Assembly (NCBI GenBank): GCA_018883165.1
Contig: VEQN01000002.1
Span: 12,134-76,133 of the forward strand
Source of the DNA: Candidatus Tayloriibacteriota bacterium
Lineage (GTDB): Bacteria; Patescibacteriota; Minisyncoccia; Phycocordibacterales; CAIZLB01
Length of the DNA stretch: 64,000 bases
Direction of reading: 5' to 3'
The position numbers were made by a program, and so were the translations under genes. The first letter of the stretch is position 1, and each line of letters opens with the position of its first letter. Below, piece by piece: positions 50,201-60,598 of the stretch. The notes beneath the pieces were generated by a model that was not told the origin of the DNA, searched no databases, and saw nothing but the letters and a program-made list of their open reading frames with translations.

Positions 50201-51604
50201 ATGCAGAAAAACTCAAAACTCAAACTTACATTTTGTGGTGGCACAGGATCAGTAACCGGTGCTAACTTTTTACTCGAAGGCCCACTCAAAAATATTGAAG
50301 GCGAGTTTAAACTCCTTGTTGATTGCGGTCTCGAACAGGGCACACATCAGGCAGATGAATTTAATCATAAGAAATTTATATACGATCCAAAAAAGATTGA
50401 TGCGCTCTTGGTTACTCATGCGCATATGGATCACATCGGGAGAGTACCCAAACTCATACATGATGGTTTTGAAGGAGTAATATATTCAACACCCGAAACA
50501 AAAGAGCTTGCGAAGTTCATGTTGGATGATGCTCTGAAACTTACAACACAAGACGCAGAGCGGACTGGTCGTGCACCAATGTATACCGCTGAAGATGTGC
50601 ACAAGACATTTACACTTTGGAAAACAATTCCATATCATAAGGTTGAAGAATTGGCGCCTGGATATGAAGTGTATCTTAAAGACTCTGGACACGTACTGGG
50701 ATCAAGTATGTTTGAGGTTACATACACCGCTGAAGGGGATCATGGTAAAAGAAAGATTGTGTTTACGGGAGACCTGGGTAACAGCCCAACACCACTTCTT
50801 CGAGACACGGAAGATATTACCGACGCAGATTATCTCATCATGGAAAGTGTATATGGCGACAAAAATCATGAACATAGAGAAGATAGATTAAACAAGCTTG
50901 AAAGAGTTCTCAAGGATAACCATAAAAAAGGAGGAACCTTACTCATTCCAATCTTCTCTCTAGAAAAGAGTCAGGAGCTTTTGTTTGAAATCCATAAATT
51001 GTATGACGATAGAAAGATTCCAAAAATGGATATGTATCTGGATTCACCTTTGGCAATCAAACTTACATCTGTATACAAAAAGATGACAGCTGACTTTAAT
51101 CAGGATGCACAAAGGGAGGCTCATAGGCACAATATGTTTAGTTTCCCAGGTCTTCATGTTGTTGAAACGTCAGAAGAATCAAAGCTCATATTCCACAAGC
51201 CTGGTCCGAAAGTAATTATGGCAGGATCAGGTATGTCTTCTGGTGGAAGAATTCAGCATCACGAAGCACACTATCTTCCTGATGAAAACTCAACCATTGT
51301 ATTCATTGGATATCAGGCGGTTGGAACTTTGGGTAGGGCCATCGAAGAGGGTGCAAAAGTGGTTAATATCTTTGGTCAGCAAGTAGAGGTTAATGCGCAT
51401 ATTGAAAAAATTGATGGGTACTCATCGCACAAGGATTCTGATCATTTGGTTGAGTTTGTTGAAAAGACTGCAAAGACAGTTCGGAAAGTGTTTGTTGCGA
51501 TGGGAGAAGCAGGTCCATCAATGTTTTTAGCGCAACGACTCCGTGACTATCTCGGGGTAAAGGCCGATCATCCGGAAGAGGGCGACAGCGTCATTCTTGA
51601 GTAG
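50201..51604 (+). CDS. MBL-fold beta-CASP ribonuclease
   Basis: Motifs THAHMDHIG, GHVLGS, FTGDLG, MESVYG, YSSHKD. Confidence 0.92.
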   Translation: MQKNSKLKLTFCGGTGSVTGANFLLEGPLKNIEGEFKLLVDCGLEQGTHQADEFNHKKFIYDPKKIDALLVTHAHMDHIGRVPKLIHDGFEGVIYSTPETKELAKFMLDDALKLTTQDAERTGRAPMYTAEDVHKTFTLWKTIPYHKVEELAPGYEVYLKDSGHVLGSSMFEVTYTAEGDHGKRKIVFTGDLGNSPTPLLRDTEDITDADYLIMESVYGDKNHEHREDRLNKLERVLKDNHKKGGTLLIPIFSLEKSQELLFEIHKLYDDRKIPKMDMYLDSPLAIKLTSVYKKMTADFNQDAQREAHRHNMFSFPGLHVVETSEESKLIFHKPGPKVIMAGSGMSSGGRIQHHEAHYLPDENSTIVFIGYQAVGTLGRAIEEGAKVVNIFGQQVEVNAHIEKIDGYSSHKDSDHLVEFVEKTAKTVRKVFVAMGEAGPSMFLAQRLRDYLGVKADHPEEGDSVILE

Positions 51605-51637
51605 TACCATTAACAGATATCAGCACATACAGTATAT

Positions 51638-52405
51638 ATGGATAATTTAATTTCTAAGTTTAAAGTAAAAGTTAATAGATTGAAAAAGAATCTACATCCT
51701 CTTGAGATTCGAAAAAAGATTACATACATGTCTGCAAGAAATAGTAAACATGTTGTGGTGAACCCTCGGTTGGAGGCATATATGGACAAGCTCATTGCAA
51801 AAGGAGAGAAGGTTGAAGATCTGTATGAAATGAATGAGTTATGGAAGAATGAGCGATCATATCTTCAGGTACCGTTAACAGAAGCAAGGTTTCTGGAAGT
51901 CCTCGTTAAATCAATAGGTGCAAAGAATGTAATTGAGATTGGTACATTCTGTGGATTCAGTACCGCTTTCATCGCTCGAGGGTTAGTTGATGGGGGGATT
52001 GTATTTACATGTGACGAAGACTCAAGGTATGTACAGATCGCAAAGAATTTCTGGGAACACCTAGGTGTGTCTGAGAGGATTCACTTTGAACTTGGAGAAG
52101 CGACTAAAATATTGCATCGAATGGTTGATGATAAGCCGTCACTTGAATTCTTTGATATTGCGTTTGTTGATGCTGATAAAGAAAATTACAGGCAATATGC
52201 AGAATTATGCATGAAGCTTCTTCGAAAAGGAGGGGTCTTACTCATCGATAACACACTATGGAAAGGGTTGGTGCAATATAAGGATCCTAGGGATAACAGC
52301 GCAGTACATATTCAAGCGGTTAATGAATGGGTATTTGAAACTTTTGGTAAAAATGCCTCAATGATACCTGCATGGGATGGACTTTTGATGGTTGTAAAAG
52401 AATAG
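51638..52405 (+). CDS. SAM-dependent O-methyltransferase (CCoAOMT/YrrM family)
   Basis: Motifs IEIGTFCGFS, FVDADKENY, IDNTLWKG. Confidence 0.88.
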   Translation: MDNLISKFKVKVNRLKKNLHPLEIRKKITYMSARNSKHVVVNPRLEAYMDKLIAKGEKVEDLYEMNELWKNERSYLQVPLTEARFLEVLVKSIGAKNVIEIGTFCGFSTAFIARGLVDGGIVFTCDEDSRYVQIAKNFWEHLGVSERIHFELGEATKILHRMVDDKPSLEFFDIAFVDADKENYRQYAELCMKLLRKGGVLLIDNTLWKGLVQYKDPRDNSAVHIQAVNEWVFETFGKNASMIPAWDGLLMVVKE

Positions 52406-52428
52406 GTCTTGTCTGATATACTGTGTGT

Positions 52429-53424
52429 ATGACAAAAAGAATATTTGTAACACGAAGAATTCCAGATATCGGTATTTCAATGTTAAAAGCTAAAGGGTAT
52501 GAGATTGTACAAGGTGCGTACAAAGTACCTCCAACCAAAGCTGAACTTATTAAAGTAATTCAGAAAGCAAAGAAACAGGGTAAACCATTCGATGCAATCC
52601 TGACACTTCTTACAGACAAGGTTGACGCTGACTTCATACAAGCAGCTGCACCATCTGTGAAGATAATCTCAAACTATGCTGTGGGATATAACAACATCTC
52701 ACTTCAAGACGCAGATAAGGCAGGAATCACAATAACAAACACACCCGGGGCATTTAGTGATTGTATTGCAGAACATACTGTAGCCCTCATCTTCGCACTT
52801 ACTACACGGCTTGTGGAGGCTGATCAGTATGTTAGAAAAGGTAAGTATAAAGGTTGGGATCCAATGCTTTTTGTTGGGACTGATCTAAGTAAAAGAACAG
52901 TGGGAATTTTGGGTGCAGGACATATCGGTGAGAGGGTAGCAATGCATTTAGGTAAGGGATTTGATATGAAGGTTATGTACTATGATGTAAAACGGAACGA
53001 GACTCTTGAAAAAGAGTATGGTGCAATATTCTGTGCTAATCCTGAAGAAATATACAAAGAAGCGGATGTAATTAGTCTTCATGTACCGCTTCTGCCTTCA
53101 ACAACGCACATGATTAACAAGAAAACTCTTGCCATGATGAAAAAGACTGCCATTGTGGTTAATACTGCAAGAGGTCCGGTGGTTGAAGAGAAAGCGTTAG
53201 TGGAAGCACTTAAGAAGGGTGTAATTGCAGGAGCTGGCTTGGATGTATTTGAATTTGAGCCAAAAATCTCTAAAGAGTTATGTAAAATGAGCAATGTTGT
53301 TCTTACACCCCATATCGCATCAGCTAGAGAAAGTGCAAGAAATGAAATGGCGACACTTGCAGCACAAAACATCATTGATGTTCTTGAGGGAAAGACACCA
53401 GTTGGGCTTGTAAAAGTAAACTAG
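52429..53424 (+). CDS. D-2-hydroxyacid dehydrogenase (glyoxylate reductase-like)
   Basis: Motifs YAVGYNN, GAGHIG, NTARG, GLDVFE, TPHIAS. Confidence 0.92.
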   Translation: MTKRIFVTRRIPDIGISMLKAKGYEIVQGAYKVPPTKAELIKVIQKAKKQGKPFDAILTLLTDKVDADFIQAAAPSVKIISNYAVGYNNISLQDADKAGITITNTPGAFSDCIAEHTVALIFALTTRLVEADQYVRKGKYKGWDPMLFVGTDLSKRTVGILGAGHIGERVAMHLGKGFDMKVMYYDVKRNETLEKEYGAIFCANPEEIYKEADVISLHVPLLPSTTHMINKKTLAMMKKTAIVVNTARGPVVEEKALVEALKKGVIAGAGLDVFEFEPKISKELCKMSNVVLTPHIASARESARNEMATLAAQNIIDVLEGKTPVGLVKVN

Positions 53425-53474
53425 GTGTGGGTAAAGAAAAGAATTCAAACAAAACTTTGATATACTAATCACAT

Positions 53475-54125
53475 ATGCCTGGAATCTGTATAAACAATAC
53501 AAATAAAAATAATTACCTCATACCAAAGATTGGTGTCTCGGGAGCAGCTGACATGGGATTTCTCAGTCAAGATGCATATGAGATTGCGAAAGAGGTAGGG
53601 AGAGAGATAGCTAGACAAGGTGCAATTATGATGTCTGGAGCAACAACCGGTTTTCCATATTGGGCGGCAATGGGTTGCAAGGAAGAATGTGGAGTTTCAG
53701 TTGGTCTTTCACCAGCTGAGAGTGTTAGAGAACATACGGAGGTGTATCGACTACCTTTAGAGTATATGGATTTCATTACATTTACAGGGTTTGGGTACAG
53801 TGGTAGAGACCTTCTCTTTACGCGTTCATGCGATGCCATAATCATAGGCCCTGGAAGAATCGGAACATTCCATGAGTTTACAATCTCATTCGAGGATCAA
53901 AAACCAATCGGTATTCTTAAAGGTGATGGGGAATGGGCGACAGATGACATCATTAAAATTATGGTTGAGAATAGTCATAGGCCAAATAATAAGATTGTAT
54001 TCGATGATAACCCAAAGAGATTGATCGCTAAGTTGTTAGATCTCATCGCTGAAGATAGAAAACTTCTAAAGGGTTACAAAAACTATGATGGGGTAAGTAG
54101 TGCAAAAGATTCAACTATTCTTTGA
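53475..54125 (+). CDS. LOG/SLOG-family nucleotide-binding protein
   Basis: Motifs IGVSGAA, SGATTG, GRIGTFHE. Confidence 0.75.
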   Translation: MPGICINNTNKNNYLIPKIGVSGAADMGFLSQDAYEIAKEVGREIARQGAIMMSGATTGFPYWAAMGCKEECGVSVGLSPAESVREHTEVYRLPLEYMDFITFTGFGYSGRDLLFTRSCDAIIIGPGRIGTFHEFTISFEDQKPIGILKGDGEWATDDIIKIMVENSHRPNNKIVFDDNPKRLIAKLLDLIAEDRKLLKGYKNYDGVSSAKDSTIL

Positions 54126-54132
54126 AGTGTGA

Positions 54133-54163
54133 AAAAAGGCCCACCGAAGTCGGTGGGCCTTTT
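54133..54163. terminator. Bidirectional terminator
   Basis: AAAAGGCCCACCG-AAGT-CGGTGGGCCTTTT. Confidence 0.88.
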
Positions 54164-54179
54164 GGTTTCATACTTGTGA

Positions 54180-54662
54180 CTACGTCAACCTGATCTCAGG
54201 CGCAGATGCAATGATTGCCCGAATATTTGCAGATCCATGGAGCAAGACTTGGAACATCTGCGCGTTCCGCTGCATTCTCTGCACCATATCATGGTTCTCT
54301 TTGAAGAACGGCATGTATGTTTTGCGAATCTTGCAGATGTTTTTGCCAGTGAACACTTGGATGTATGTGGCGAAACAGACGCAATGCTCCTTGTTGAGCC
54401 ATCCGTGTCCGGAAATCAGTCTTTCAAACAGGTGAGGCCGACAGGCGACCACTTGCAGTTCGTAGTCTTTGGCCTCATCAGCGGGTATGTTTTCGTATAC
54501 CCATTCGACGAGATTTTCGATGATCTGCACTCGGTGAGCAGGGTCATCAATGAACGATTTGTGGAACACACGTCTGGGATCTGTGACGTCTGTTGCCCAA
54601 ATGTAGGACATTTCTTCGCCTCTGTTGAGTTGGCAGTCGACGAGAATATATAACAATTTCAT
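54180..54662 (-). CDS. GC-richer orphan protein (~160 aa)
   Basis: ATG 54662 preceded by a C-rich tract and hairpin TGGATGTTCAC-G-GTGAATATCCA. Confidence 0.6.
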   Translation of the reverse strand: MKLLYILVDCQLNRGEEMSYIWATDVTDPRRVFHKSFIDDPAHRVQIIENLVEWVYENIPADEAKDYELQVVACRPHLFERLISGHGWLNKEHCVCFATYIQVFTGKNICKIRKTYMPFFKENHDMVQRMQRNAQMFQVLLHGSANIRAIIASAPEIRLT

Positions 54663-54844
54663 GAGTGAATAGAGGGTGTGCTGGGTTCTGAGTTGGATAT
54701 TCACCGTGAACATCCAGGGGTATGTATACCTTAAAATGTCACTAAAGTAAAGGCTATATTTGACTACATACAAAATACATTGTATATTTGTGTGCCCCTT
54801 TATTATTTCATTATTCCATTATTCACATTCATTATTCAAAACAA

Positions 54845-55177
54845 ATGACAGAAATTAAATCAAATCATTCAGAAGATAAATCAAACTTCCAGAGCATCAT
54901 CACTGGTATCTGGAAATTTAAACAAGAAATTCCTACAGAAACACTAGAACAGGTGGCAAACGAGTGGAAATCAGATCCGAAGTATATACAAATCTACATT
55001 AGAAAAGTATCAAAAGATCAGTACGGTATTGGGTTCATGTATGACGATAGAGACACAGCAGACAATGAAGCATCATACAATGAGTTCTTTGACCGAATGA
55101 CTGATCAATTAAAAAAGAAATTTGGTAACGGTCTTTGCGGTTGGGATGTATCAAGTAGTACCGTCTTGATCAAGTAG
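54845..55177 (+). CDS. Hypothetical protein
   Basis: 110-codon ORF with genome-typical codon use. Confidence 0.6.
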   Translation: MTEIKSNHSEDKSNFQSIITGIWKFKQEIPTETLEQVANEWKSDPKYIQIYIRKVSKDQYGIGFMYDDRDTADNEASYNEFFDRMTDQLKKKFGNGLCGWDVSSSTVLIK

Positions 55178-55267
55178 CTATATATTTGAATAATAACAGG
55201 GAAAACAATAAATCTGCACTACACGGTGCAGATTTATTGTTTTTATTGTTGTATAATAATAGGTGTC

Positions 55268-56815
55268 ATGAAATATATAAATTGTTTACGTGTATTATTA
55301 GTTCCTGTATTCATATATGTACTCTCATATACAATAGCTGATGCCCAAGCACAAATACCTAATCAGTGTATTTTGCTCACTGAGAGTCTTGGAAGAGGGG
55401 TAGATGATTCTGAAACAAATTCGCAAGTTTCACTTCTACAGAATTTTTTAATTAGTAATAGATACCTTAATCTTCAAGTGCCTACGGGTTACTTTGGATC
55501 GAAAACTGCCTCAGCTGTTCGAGCATTTCAATCCGCGAACGGTGTATCAGCTACTGGTTTTGTCGGTCCGAGAACTAGGAATCTATTAAGAAATATCACT
55601 TGTGGTAATACGGTAGTACCGCCACCTGGTACAACTATCAACCCGACAGCGTTGAGATTGGTTACTAATTTTTCAAATAATGAAAATGGATCATCTACTT
55701 TCTCACTTGCGATTCAGAATCCACTTACTTCTACCACTCGGCAGTATGCATTTGAAGTAAATTGTCCATCAGGTATATCTTTGTATTACAAAGGTCAATC
55801 TGCATGTGGTAATTTCTCAACTGCTTCTGATGTAACACAGATGCAGATCTCTGTACAAAACACTTCAGAGTCGTCACAGACTATACCTATAAAGATAATT
55901 GCAATAGGTAGTTATTTCGACAGGTTAGGGGAATATGTTCATAACATTTCAGTTAGTGGTAAGCAAATACAGCAAACAATCAATGTTTTAAGTCCTCAAA
56001 ATACAAATCAAGTATATACTCGTCTGGCAACTACAAGTATATATTGGAATTCCACCGGTACGATTAATGCGCTCAAGATTGATTTAGTAAGAACACATAG
56101 CTCAACAACTGAGAGTGTGTTTAATATAGCAAATAATGTTCAGAATACTGGTGAATACAGGTGGTATATCCCTTCTGGTGTACCGGTCGGGTCTGGGTAT
56201 AAATACAAAATAAGTGATGCGAACAATCAATCTTTAAGTTCTCTATCTACACGAACCTTCTCAGTCGAGGAAGAACTTTCTGCACGTAAAAATATTACAT
56301 CCTTTGGATTTAATTCTTTGTATGCTCAAGGAAACATCGACAACAACACAAAGACAATTACCATCCAGGTACCTCAAGGTACAAATCTCACTGCACTTAC
56401 CCCAACCATCACAGTCTCACAAGGTGCACGAATTTCACCAGCATCAGGTGTGGCACAAAACTTCACTAGTCCAAAGACATATACAGTGACAGCACAAAAT
56501 GGTACGGTTCAGACGTATACGGTGAGGGTAAATGCTGCTGGCGGATCAAGCGCTAAAGAAATTACTGATTTTAGATTTAGATCATTAAATGTAGTTGGAA
56601 CTATTGATAATCTATCATCTCCAAGAGTTATATCTGTCACTGTACCTGCAAACACACCACTAACATCTATGACTCCTACAATAACAGTTGCTCAGGGAGC
56701 ATCTGTTACACCTGCAAGTGGTCAGCCTCGAGACTTCAGATCTCCGGTTGATTACACAGTAACTGCTCAAAATGGATCTAGTGTAACGTATCGAGTGTTT
56801 GTAAATAAGAGATAG
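55268..56815 (+). CDS. Secreted protein with peptidoglycan-binding domain and two Ig/DUF5018-like repeats
   Basis: VSLLQNFL...TGYFGSKTASAVRAFQ; duplicated PTITVxQGA...YTVTAQNG. Confidence 0.8.
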   Translation: MKYINCLRVLLVPVFIYVLSYTIADAQAQIPNQCILLTESLGRGVDDSETNSQVSLLQNFLISNRYLNLQVPTGYFGSKTASAVRAFQSANGVSATGFVGPRTRNLLRNITCGNTVVPPPGTTINPTALRLVTNFSNNENGSSTFSLAIQNPLTSTTRQYAFEVNCPSGISLYYKGQSACGNFSTASDVTQMQISVQNTSESSQTIPIKIIAIGSYFDRLGEYVHNISVSGKQIQQTINVLSPQNTNQVYTRLATTSIYWNSTGTINALKIDLVRTHSSTTESVFNIANNVQNTGEYRWYIPSGVPVGSGYKYKISDANNQSLSSLSTRTFSVEEELSARKNITSFGFNSLYAQGNIDNNTKTITIQVPQGTNLTALTPTITVSQGARISPASGVAQNFTSPKTYTVTAQNGTVQTYTVRVNAAGGSSAKEITDFRFRSLNVVGTIDNLSSPRVISVTVPANTPLTSMTPTITVAQGASVTPASGQPRDFRSPVDYTVTAQNGSSVTYRVFVNKR

Positions 56816-56825
56816 GACTATGAAA

Positions 56826-56861
56826 ACAATAAAACCCCGCATGTAGCGGGGTTTTATTGTT
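56826..56861. terminator. Bidirectional terminator
   Basis: ACAATAAAACCCCGC-ATGTA-GCGGGGTTTTATTGT. Confidence 0.88.
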
Positions 56862-56868
56862 TCTTAGC

Positions 56869-57216
56869 TTACGCTGTAACTTGTTTTACAAGTCTTTCAA
56901 ATGCTGCTGGAGCATTCTGAGCAAGGTCAGCAAGGATCTTTCGATCAACTTCCATACCTTTCTTCTTCATCGCACCAATGAACTTACTGTATGTATGTCC
57001 AAGTGGTCGGAGAGCGGCATTGATTCGAACATTCCAGAGTCTTCGAAAGTCACCTTTCTTGTCTCGTCGATGAGCAAACATGCTTGCATATGAGTGTACC
57101 AACTGTTCGTATGCAAATTTTTCTTTATTCTTTCGGCCGTTTCGGAAACCCTTAGCTGCTTTGAGAATATTTCGTCGTGTCTTAAGTGCGTGTACACCTT
57201 TTTTTACTCGTACCAT
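56869..57216 (-). CDS. rplT: 50S ribosomal protein L20
   Basis: Motifs MVRVKKG, FRRLWNVRINAA, DRKILADLA. Confidence 0.97.
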   Translation of the reverse strand: MVRVKKGVHALKTRRNILKAAKGFRNGRKNKEKFAYEQLVHSYASMFAHRRDKKGDFRRLWNVRINAALRPLGHTYSKFIGAMKKKGMEVDRKILADLAQNAPAAFERLVKQVTA

Positions 57217-57247
57217 ATATGTGAATTATTGAAGTGGGTAAGGGAAA

Positions 57248-57439
57248 TTAGATTGTGTGAGTTGCAAGGAATCGTCGTTTCTCTCGCTGTGTCAATACAA
57301 TCTGCTGTGCTCGACCTTTTTTAATTTGTGTCCGGCCACTTTCTTTTGAGTTAAAGTGGTTCTGACCAGCTTTTCGTGAAATGATCTTTCCGTTCTTTGT
57401 CACTTTGAGCCGTTTTGAAAATGATTTATTTGTTTTCAT
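57248..57439 (-). CDS. rpmI: 50S ribosomal protein L35
   Basis: MKTNKSFSKRLKVTKNGK; position between infC and rplT. Confidence 0.92.
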   Translation of the reverse strand: MKTNKSFSKRLKVTKNGKIISRKAGQNHFNSKESGRTQIKKGRAQQIVLTQREKRRFLATHTI

Positions 57440-57509
57440 GGTTCTCTTGTTACGCGAGGCGCCTCGTATGCTACGGGGTCTTAGAGTGCCTTGTTGTTTA
57501 TAATTAAGT

Positions 57510-58022
57510 CTACGCTTTCTCGATTCCAATAGTCATACCTTTAGGGCTCTTCTTTGCGGCTTCATTTATCTTGAAATCTACACTGATGAGCTTTAGGATT
57601 CTATCAAGTCGTTCCTTGAGGAACTTCTCATCGAGAAACTTAGTTCTTCCTGTGAGGAAGAGATCAAGTCTGATTCTGTGACCTTCAGCTAACCATTCTG
57701 AGGCTTTTTTAGCCTTTAATACGAGGTCGTGCTCTCCGGTACCTATCTTTACTTGAAGACTTTTGACTTCAACGGTCTTTGCATTAGCTTTAGCGGCCTT
57801 TTGCTTCTTGTTTTCGTCGTATTGGAATTTACCATAATCTGCTATTTTTGCAACAGGAGGAAGGGCTTTTGGAGAGATTTCAATGAGGTCTAAGTTATGT
57901 TCTTTGGCAATTTTTAGAGCCTCAGATACTGATACGATACCTATGTTTTCACCAGCTGGGCCCAAGAGGCGAACTTCTGGTACTCGGATTTGGTGATTTA
58001 TACGAACCTGTGGAGTCTGCAA
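57510..58022 (-). CDS. infC: Translation initiation factor IF-3 (non-ATG start: TTG 58022 or ATT 58037)
   Basis: Motifs INHQIRVPEVRL and PPVAKIADYGKFQY. Confidence 0.95.
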   Translation of the reverse strand: MQTPQVRINHQIRVPEVRLLGPAGENIGIVSVSEALKIAKEHNLDLIEISPKALPPVAKIADYGKFQYDENKKQKAAKANAKTVEVKSLQVKIGTGEHDLVLKAKKASEWLAEGHRIRLDLFLTGRTKFLDEKFLKERLDRILKLISVDFKINEAAKKSPKGMTIGIEKA

Positions 58023-58090
58023 TGTAGTATTAAAAATATATTAAATTTGTATTAATGACCAATTTATACCATATATATGGGTTTTTTGCA

Positions 58091-59185
58091 CTACAATAGC
58101 TTTCTAATCGGCCAAACTAGCATATCTTTGCACTTTTCCAAGAAAGACCTGTTCTCCCATGCTTCAAGAGTTACTTTCTTGGATTCTGCAAGATCCCTCT
58201 CGTGCATCGTCCTTAATTCCTTCGCACAGTCTGAGTTGGTAGAGACAATTGCGCATTCGAAGTTGTATCGAAGACTTATGTTATCCATGTTTAAAGTTCC
58301 AATCATTGACCATTCATCATCAATCACGGCTGTCTTAGCATGTATCATCCTTGGGTATTGATAGATCTCCATCTTCTTTGAAAGGAATGTGTGATAGTAG
58401 GTGTGTGATCCATGATCCACGATTCTATGATCACTTCTTTCTGGCACAAGTATTTTGACTTGCACACCCCTTTTACGTGCTTGTCTTAATACTCGATATA
58501 GCTTGTGGTCAGGAAGAAAGTATGGAGTCGTAATATATACATATGACTTTGCTTGTTTGATTGCGTCAATGAATGAGTGATACAGGAATCTCTCACCTGG
58601 AAGTGGTGCCTGTGTGACAAAGGAAAAATTATCTACATTAGTTCGCCATTCTCTGCCAAGGTTTACATATCTCTTCTTGTACACTTTTTTCCATGTCTTT
58701 TCAGCGACTTGCGCTGCCTGTTCAGTGATTGGCCCTTCGATTCTGATCGATGTATCTCTCCATTTCTCCATTCTCTTTCCAAAGCAAAATCCTCCTGTGT
58801 ACAGTGTCTTCTTGTCAATTAGAATGATTCTCCTATGGTTTCTGAAATACCACAGTTTCTTATTATGCTTTGAAAAGGGGAGTAGCCAATTGAAGAAGCG
58901 TATGTGTACACCGCTTGTTTTGAACTTCTGCATGTACAGAGAGTTACCTAATGCAAGGCTTCCAATTGAGTCAACCAGTATGCGTACCTGAACACCCTCA
59001 GAGGCTTTCTGTGTGAGTAGTTCCAAGAAACGTTCACCTACAGCATCGTGATTTAAGATGAACGCTTCAATATATATGGACTCCTTAGACTCTTTGAGAT
59101 CTGAATATATAGATTCGAGTACCGATTCGGTATCCTGAAAGATATTCCATGTATGTGAGGTTTGTTGAGGTGATACAGGTTTCAT
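58091..59185 (-). CDS. Cardiolipin synthase-like phospholipase D family protein
   Basis: RNHRRIILID and IHAKTAVID (two HKD-type motifs), TTPYFLP. Confidence 0.85.
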   Translation of the reverse strand: MKPVSPQQTSHTWNIFQDTESVLESIYSDLKESKESIYIEAFILNHDAVGERFLELLTQKASEGVQVRILVDSIGSLALGNSLYMQKFKTSGVHIRFFNWLLPFSKHNKKLWYFRNHRRIILIDKKTLYTGGFCFGKRMEKWRDTSIRIEGPITEQAAQVAEKTWKKVYKKRYVNLGREWRTNVDNFSFVTQAPLPGERFLYHSFIDAIKQAKSYVYITTPYFLPDHKLYRVLRQARKRGVQVKILVPERSDHRIVDHGSHTYYHTFLSKKMEIYQYPRMIHAKTAVIDDEWSMIGTLNMDNISLRYNFECAIVSTNSDCAKELRTMHERDLAESKKVTLEAWENRSFLEKCKDMLVWPIRKLL

Positions 59186-59205
59186 GTACTTGTATCATAC
59201 CGTAT

Positions 59206-59874
59206 TTACTGGTCCCATTGAAGGAGTTTCCATCTTTTCTCTGGTGGTAGCAGTTTTCTCCCAAGCCACCCATCACCAAAGAAGCTGCTTGTATATTCAA
59301 TCACTGTAATCGAAGCGTTATTCGAAGCGTTTGTGTAGCTGAGCAAATTGTATTTTTTTGCAGTAAGATTCTCTCGGTACAGAATGTATGAAGCAATCAT
59401 TTTTAAGAAGATACTATGTGTCACAACCAATACGGTCTTTTCAGGTCGGTGAGCGAGATATACCAAAAGTCTTCGCGCCCGCTCCTTTAGGTCAGTGAAA
59501 TTCTCCTCATCAGAATATCTATAGTTGTCATCGTGATAACTTCGATCAATTAAATCAACAATATATTTCACTTTAGGATCGTCTGCTGATTGGTTTACGA
59601 TTTCAGAAGGATTCCTGCGTTCAACTAAAAGATCAACGTACTCAATCGGTTTTTTAGATTTCACGTATTTTGCGATCTCTGCTGCAGTTTCTTTTGTTCG
59701 TTGGAAAGGACTTACAAGGAAAGCATCAAATTTGACAGGTGTTAATCTTTTTCCAGTCCAGTTTGCCTGCTCAATACCTTTAGGGCTCAAAGATCCATCC
59801 GGTCCTTGTCGTATATGTGCAGCATTCAAGAGACTTTCACCATGTCTTATGAGATAAAAAGTTTTTTTTGCCAT
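59206..59874 (-). CDS. Histidine phosphatase family protein
   Basis: Motifs LIRHGES, SPFQRT, VVTH. Confidence 0.9.
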   Translation of the reverse strand: MAKKTFYLIRHGESLLNAAHIRQGPDGSLSPKGIEQANWTGKRLTPVKFDAFLVSPFQRTKETAAEIAKYVKSKKPIEYVDLLVERRNPSEIVNQSADDPKVKYIVDLIDRSYHDDNYRYSDEENFTDLKERARRLLVYLAHRPEKTVLVVTHSIFLKMIASYILYRENLTAKKYNLLSYTNASNNASITVIEYTSSFFGDGWLGRKLLPPEKRWKLLQWDQ

Positions 59875-59878
59875 ATTG

Positions 59879-60523
59879 CTATTCAGGTTTACTAGTTGTT
59901 TCTTCTTCTACTGTATCTTCAATCTCGGTATCATATATATCCTCATCTTCTTCGTATACCGGTTTTGTTTTTCCAGCTGCATGATGCATGAGATGTTGAG
60001 CGAGTTCTCGAGCAATTTTAGTATCGATAAGTGGTAGAAGGAAATCTCCACTCTTGTTGCCACTAGATCTTCGAAGTACGTCTTTGTCGGATACGGTCAT
60101 GATATCAAGCCGTGCAAGACCGAGGAGTCTGTAGAAATATGGTCGTACTAAATGCACGTTACTTATTTGTTGATATGGGATGACACTTTCTTTAATCATG
60201 AATAGTCCTTCACGTAGATGGAATGCATGTTTATCAATCTTGAACCTGATTTTTCGATGAAGTACTTTCGAACGAACGTAGCCAACGATAATGAGTGAGA
60301 TTGCCAGCATGGCAATCCACTGGGAGAACATTGAGACAGTTATGTATAGGTCAGGGAATTGTGAGAGGAATACGTTGGTTTCATCTTGTAGTTCTCCAAA
60401 ATACATTTGAAAAGCTAGATAGAAGAGAAAACCAGCTAAAGTAAAGAAAATCCATCCGTAGCGTACTAGAAAGAAGGTGAGCGATCTTCGTCCGCAGTGA
60501 TATACCTTATCGTATTCAAGCAT
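59879..60523 (-). CDS. Membrane protein with bacterial PH (bPH_2) domain
   Basis: Two TM segments then IPYQQISNV...RLLGLARL. Confidence 0.7.
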   Translation of the reverse strand: MLEYDKVYHCGRRSLTFFLVRYGWIFFTLAGFLFYLAFQMYFGELQDETNVFLSQFPDLYITVSMFSQWIAMLAISLIIVGYVRSKVLHRKIRFKIDKHAFHLREGLFMIKESVIPYQQISNVHLVRPYFYRLLGLARLDIMTVSDKDVLRRSSGNKSGDFLLPLIDTKIARELAQHLMHHAAGKTKPVYEEDEDIYDTEIEDTVEEETTSKPE

Positions 60524-60598
60524 AACTATATTGTACATGGCTTTTATTCACTTTTCTAGCATGCAGATTTAGATGAAGTGTGATATGTTGATATTCCA

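Noticed and set aside
54800-54840. Degenerate CATTATTC tandem repeats
   Set aside because: Short, AT-rich and low complexity; no functional evidence.
56290-56810. Duplicated DNA segments in the peptidoglycan-binding protein gene
   Set aside because: Ordinary tandem Ig-like domain duplication; no adenine-specific pattern or reverse transcriptase suggesting a DGR.
57440-57509. Possible L20 leader between infC and rpmI
   Set aside because: Position fits, but I could find only a short hairpin and no convincing fold.
846-59300. Many antisense or overlapping ORFs in the track (e.g. 846-1409, 6215-6796, 32509-33012, 38622-39188)
   Set aside because: Shadows of well-supported genes, with no motifs or expression signals.
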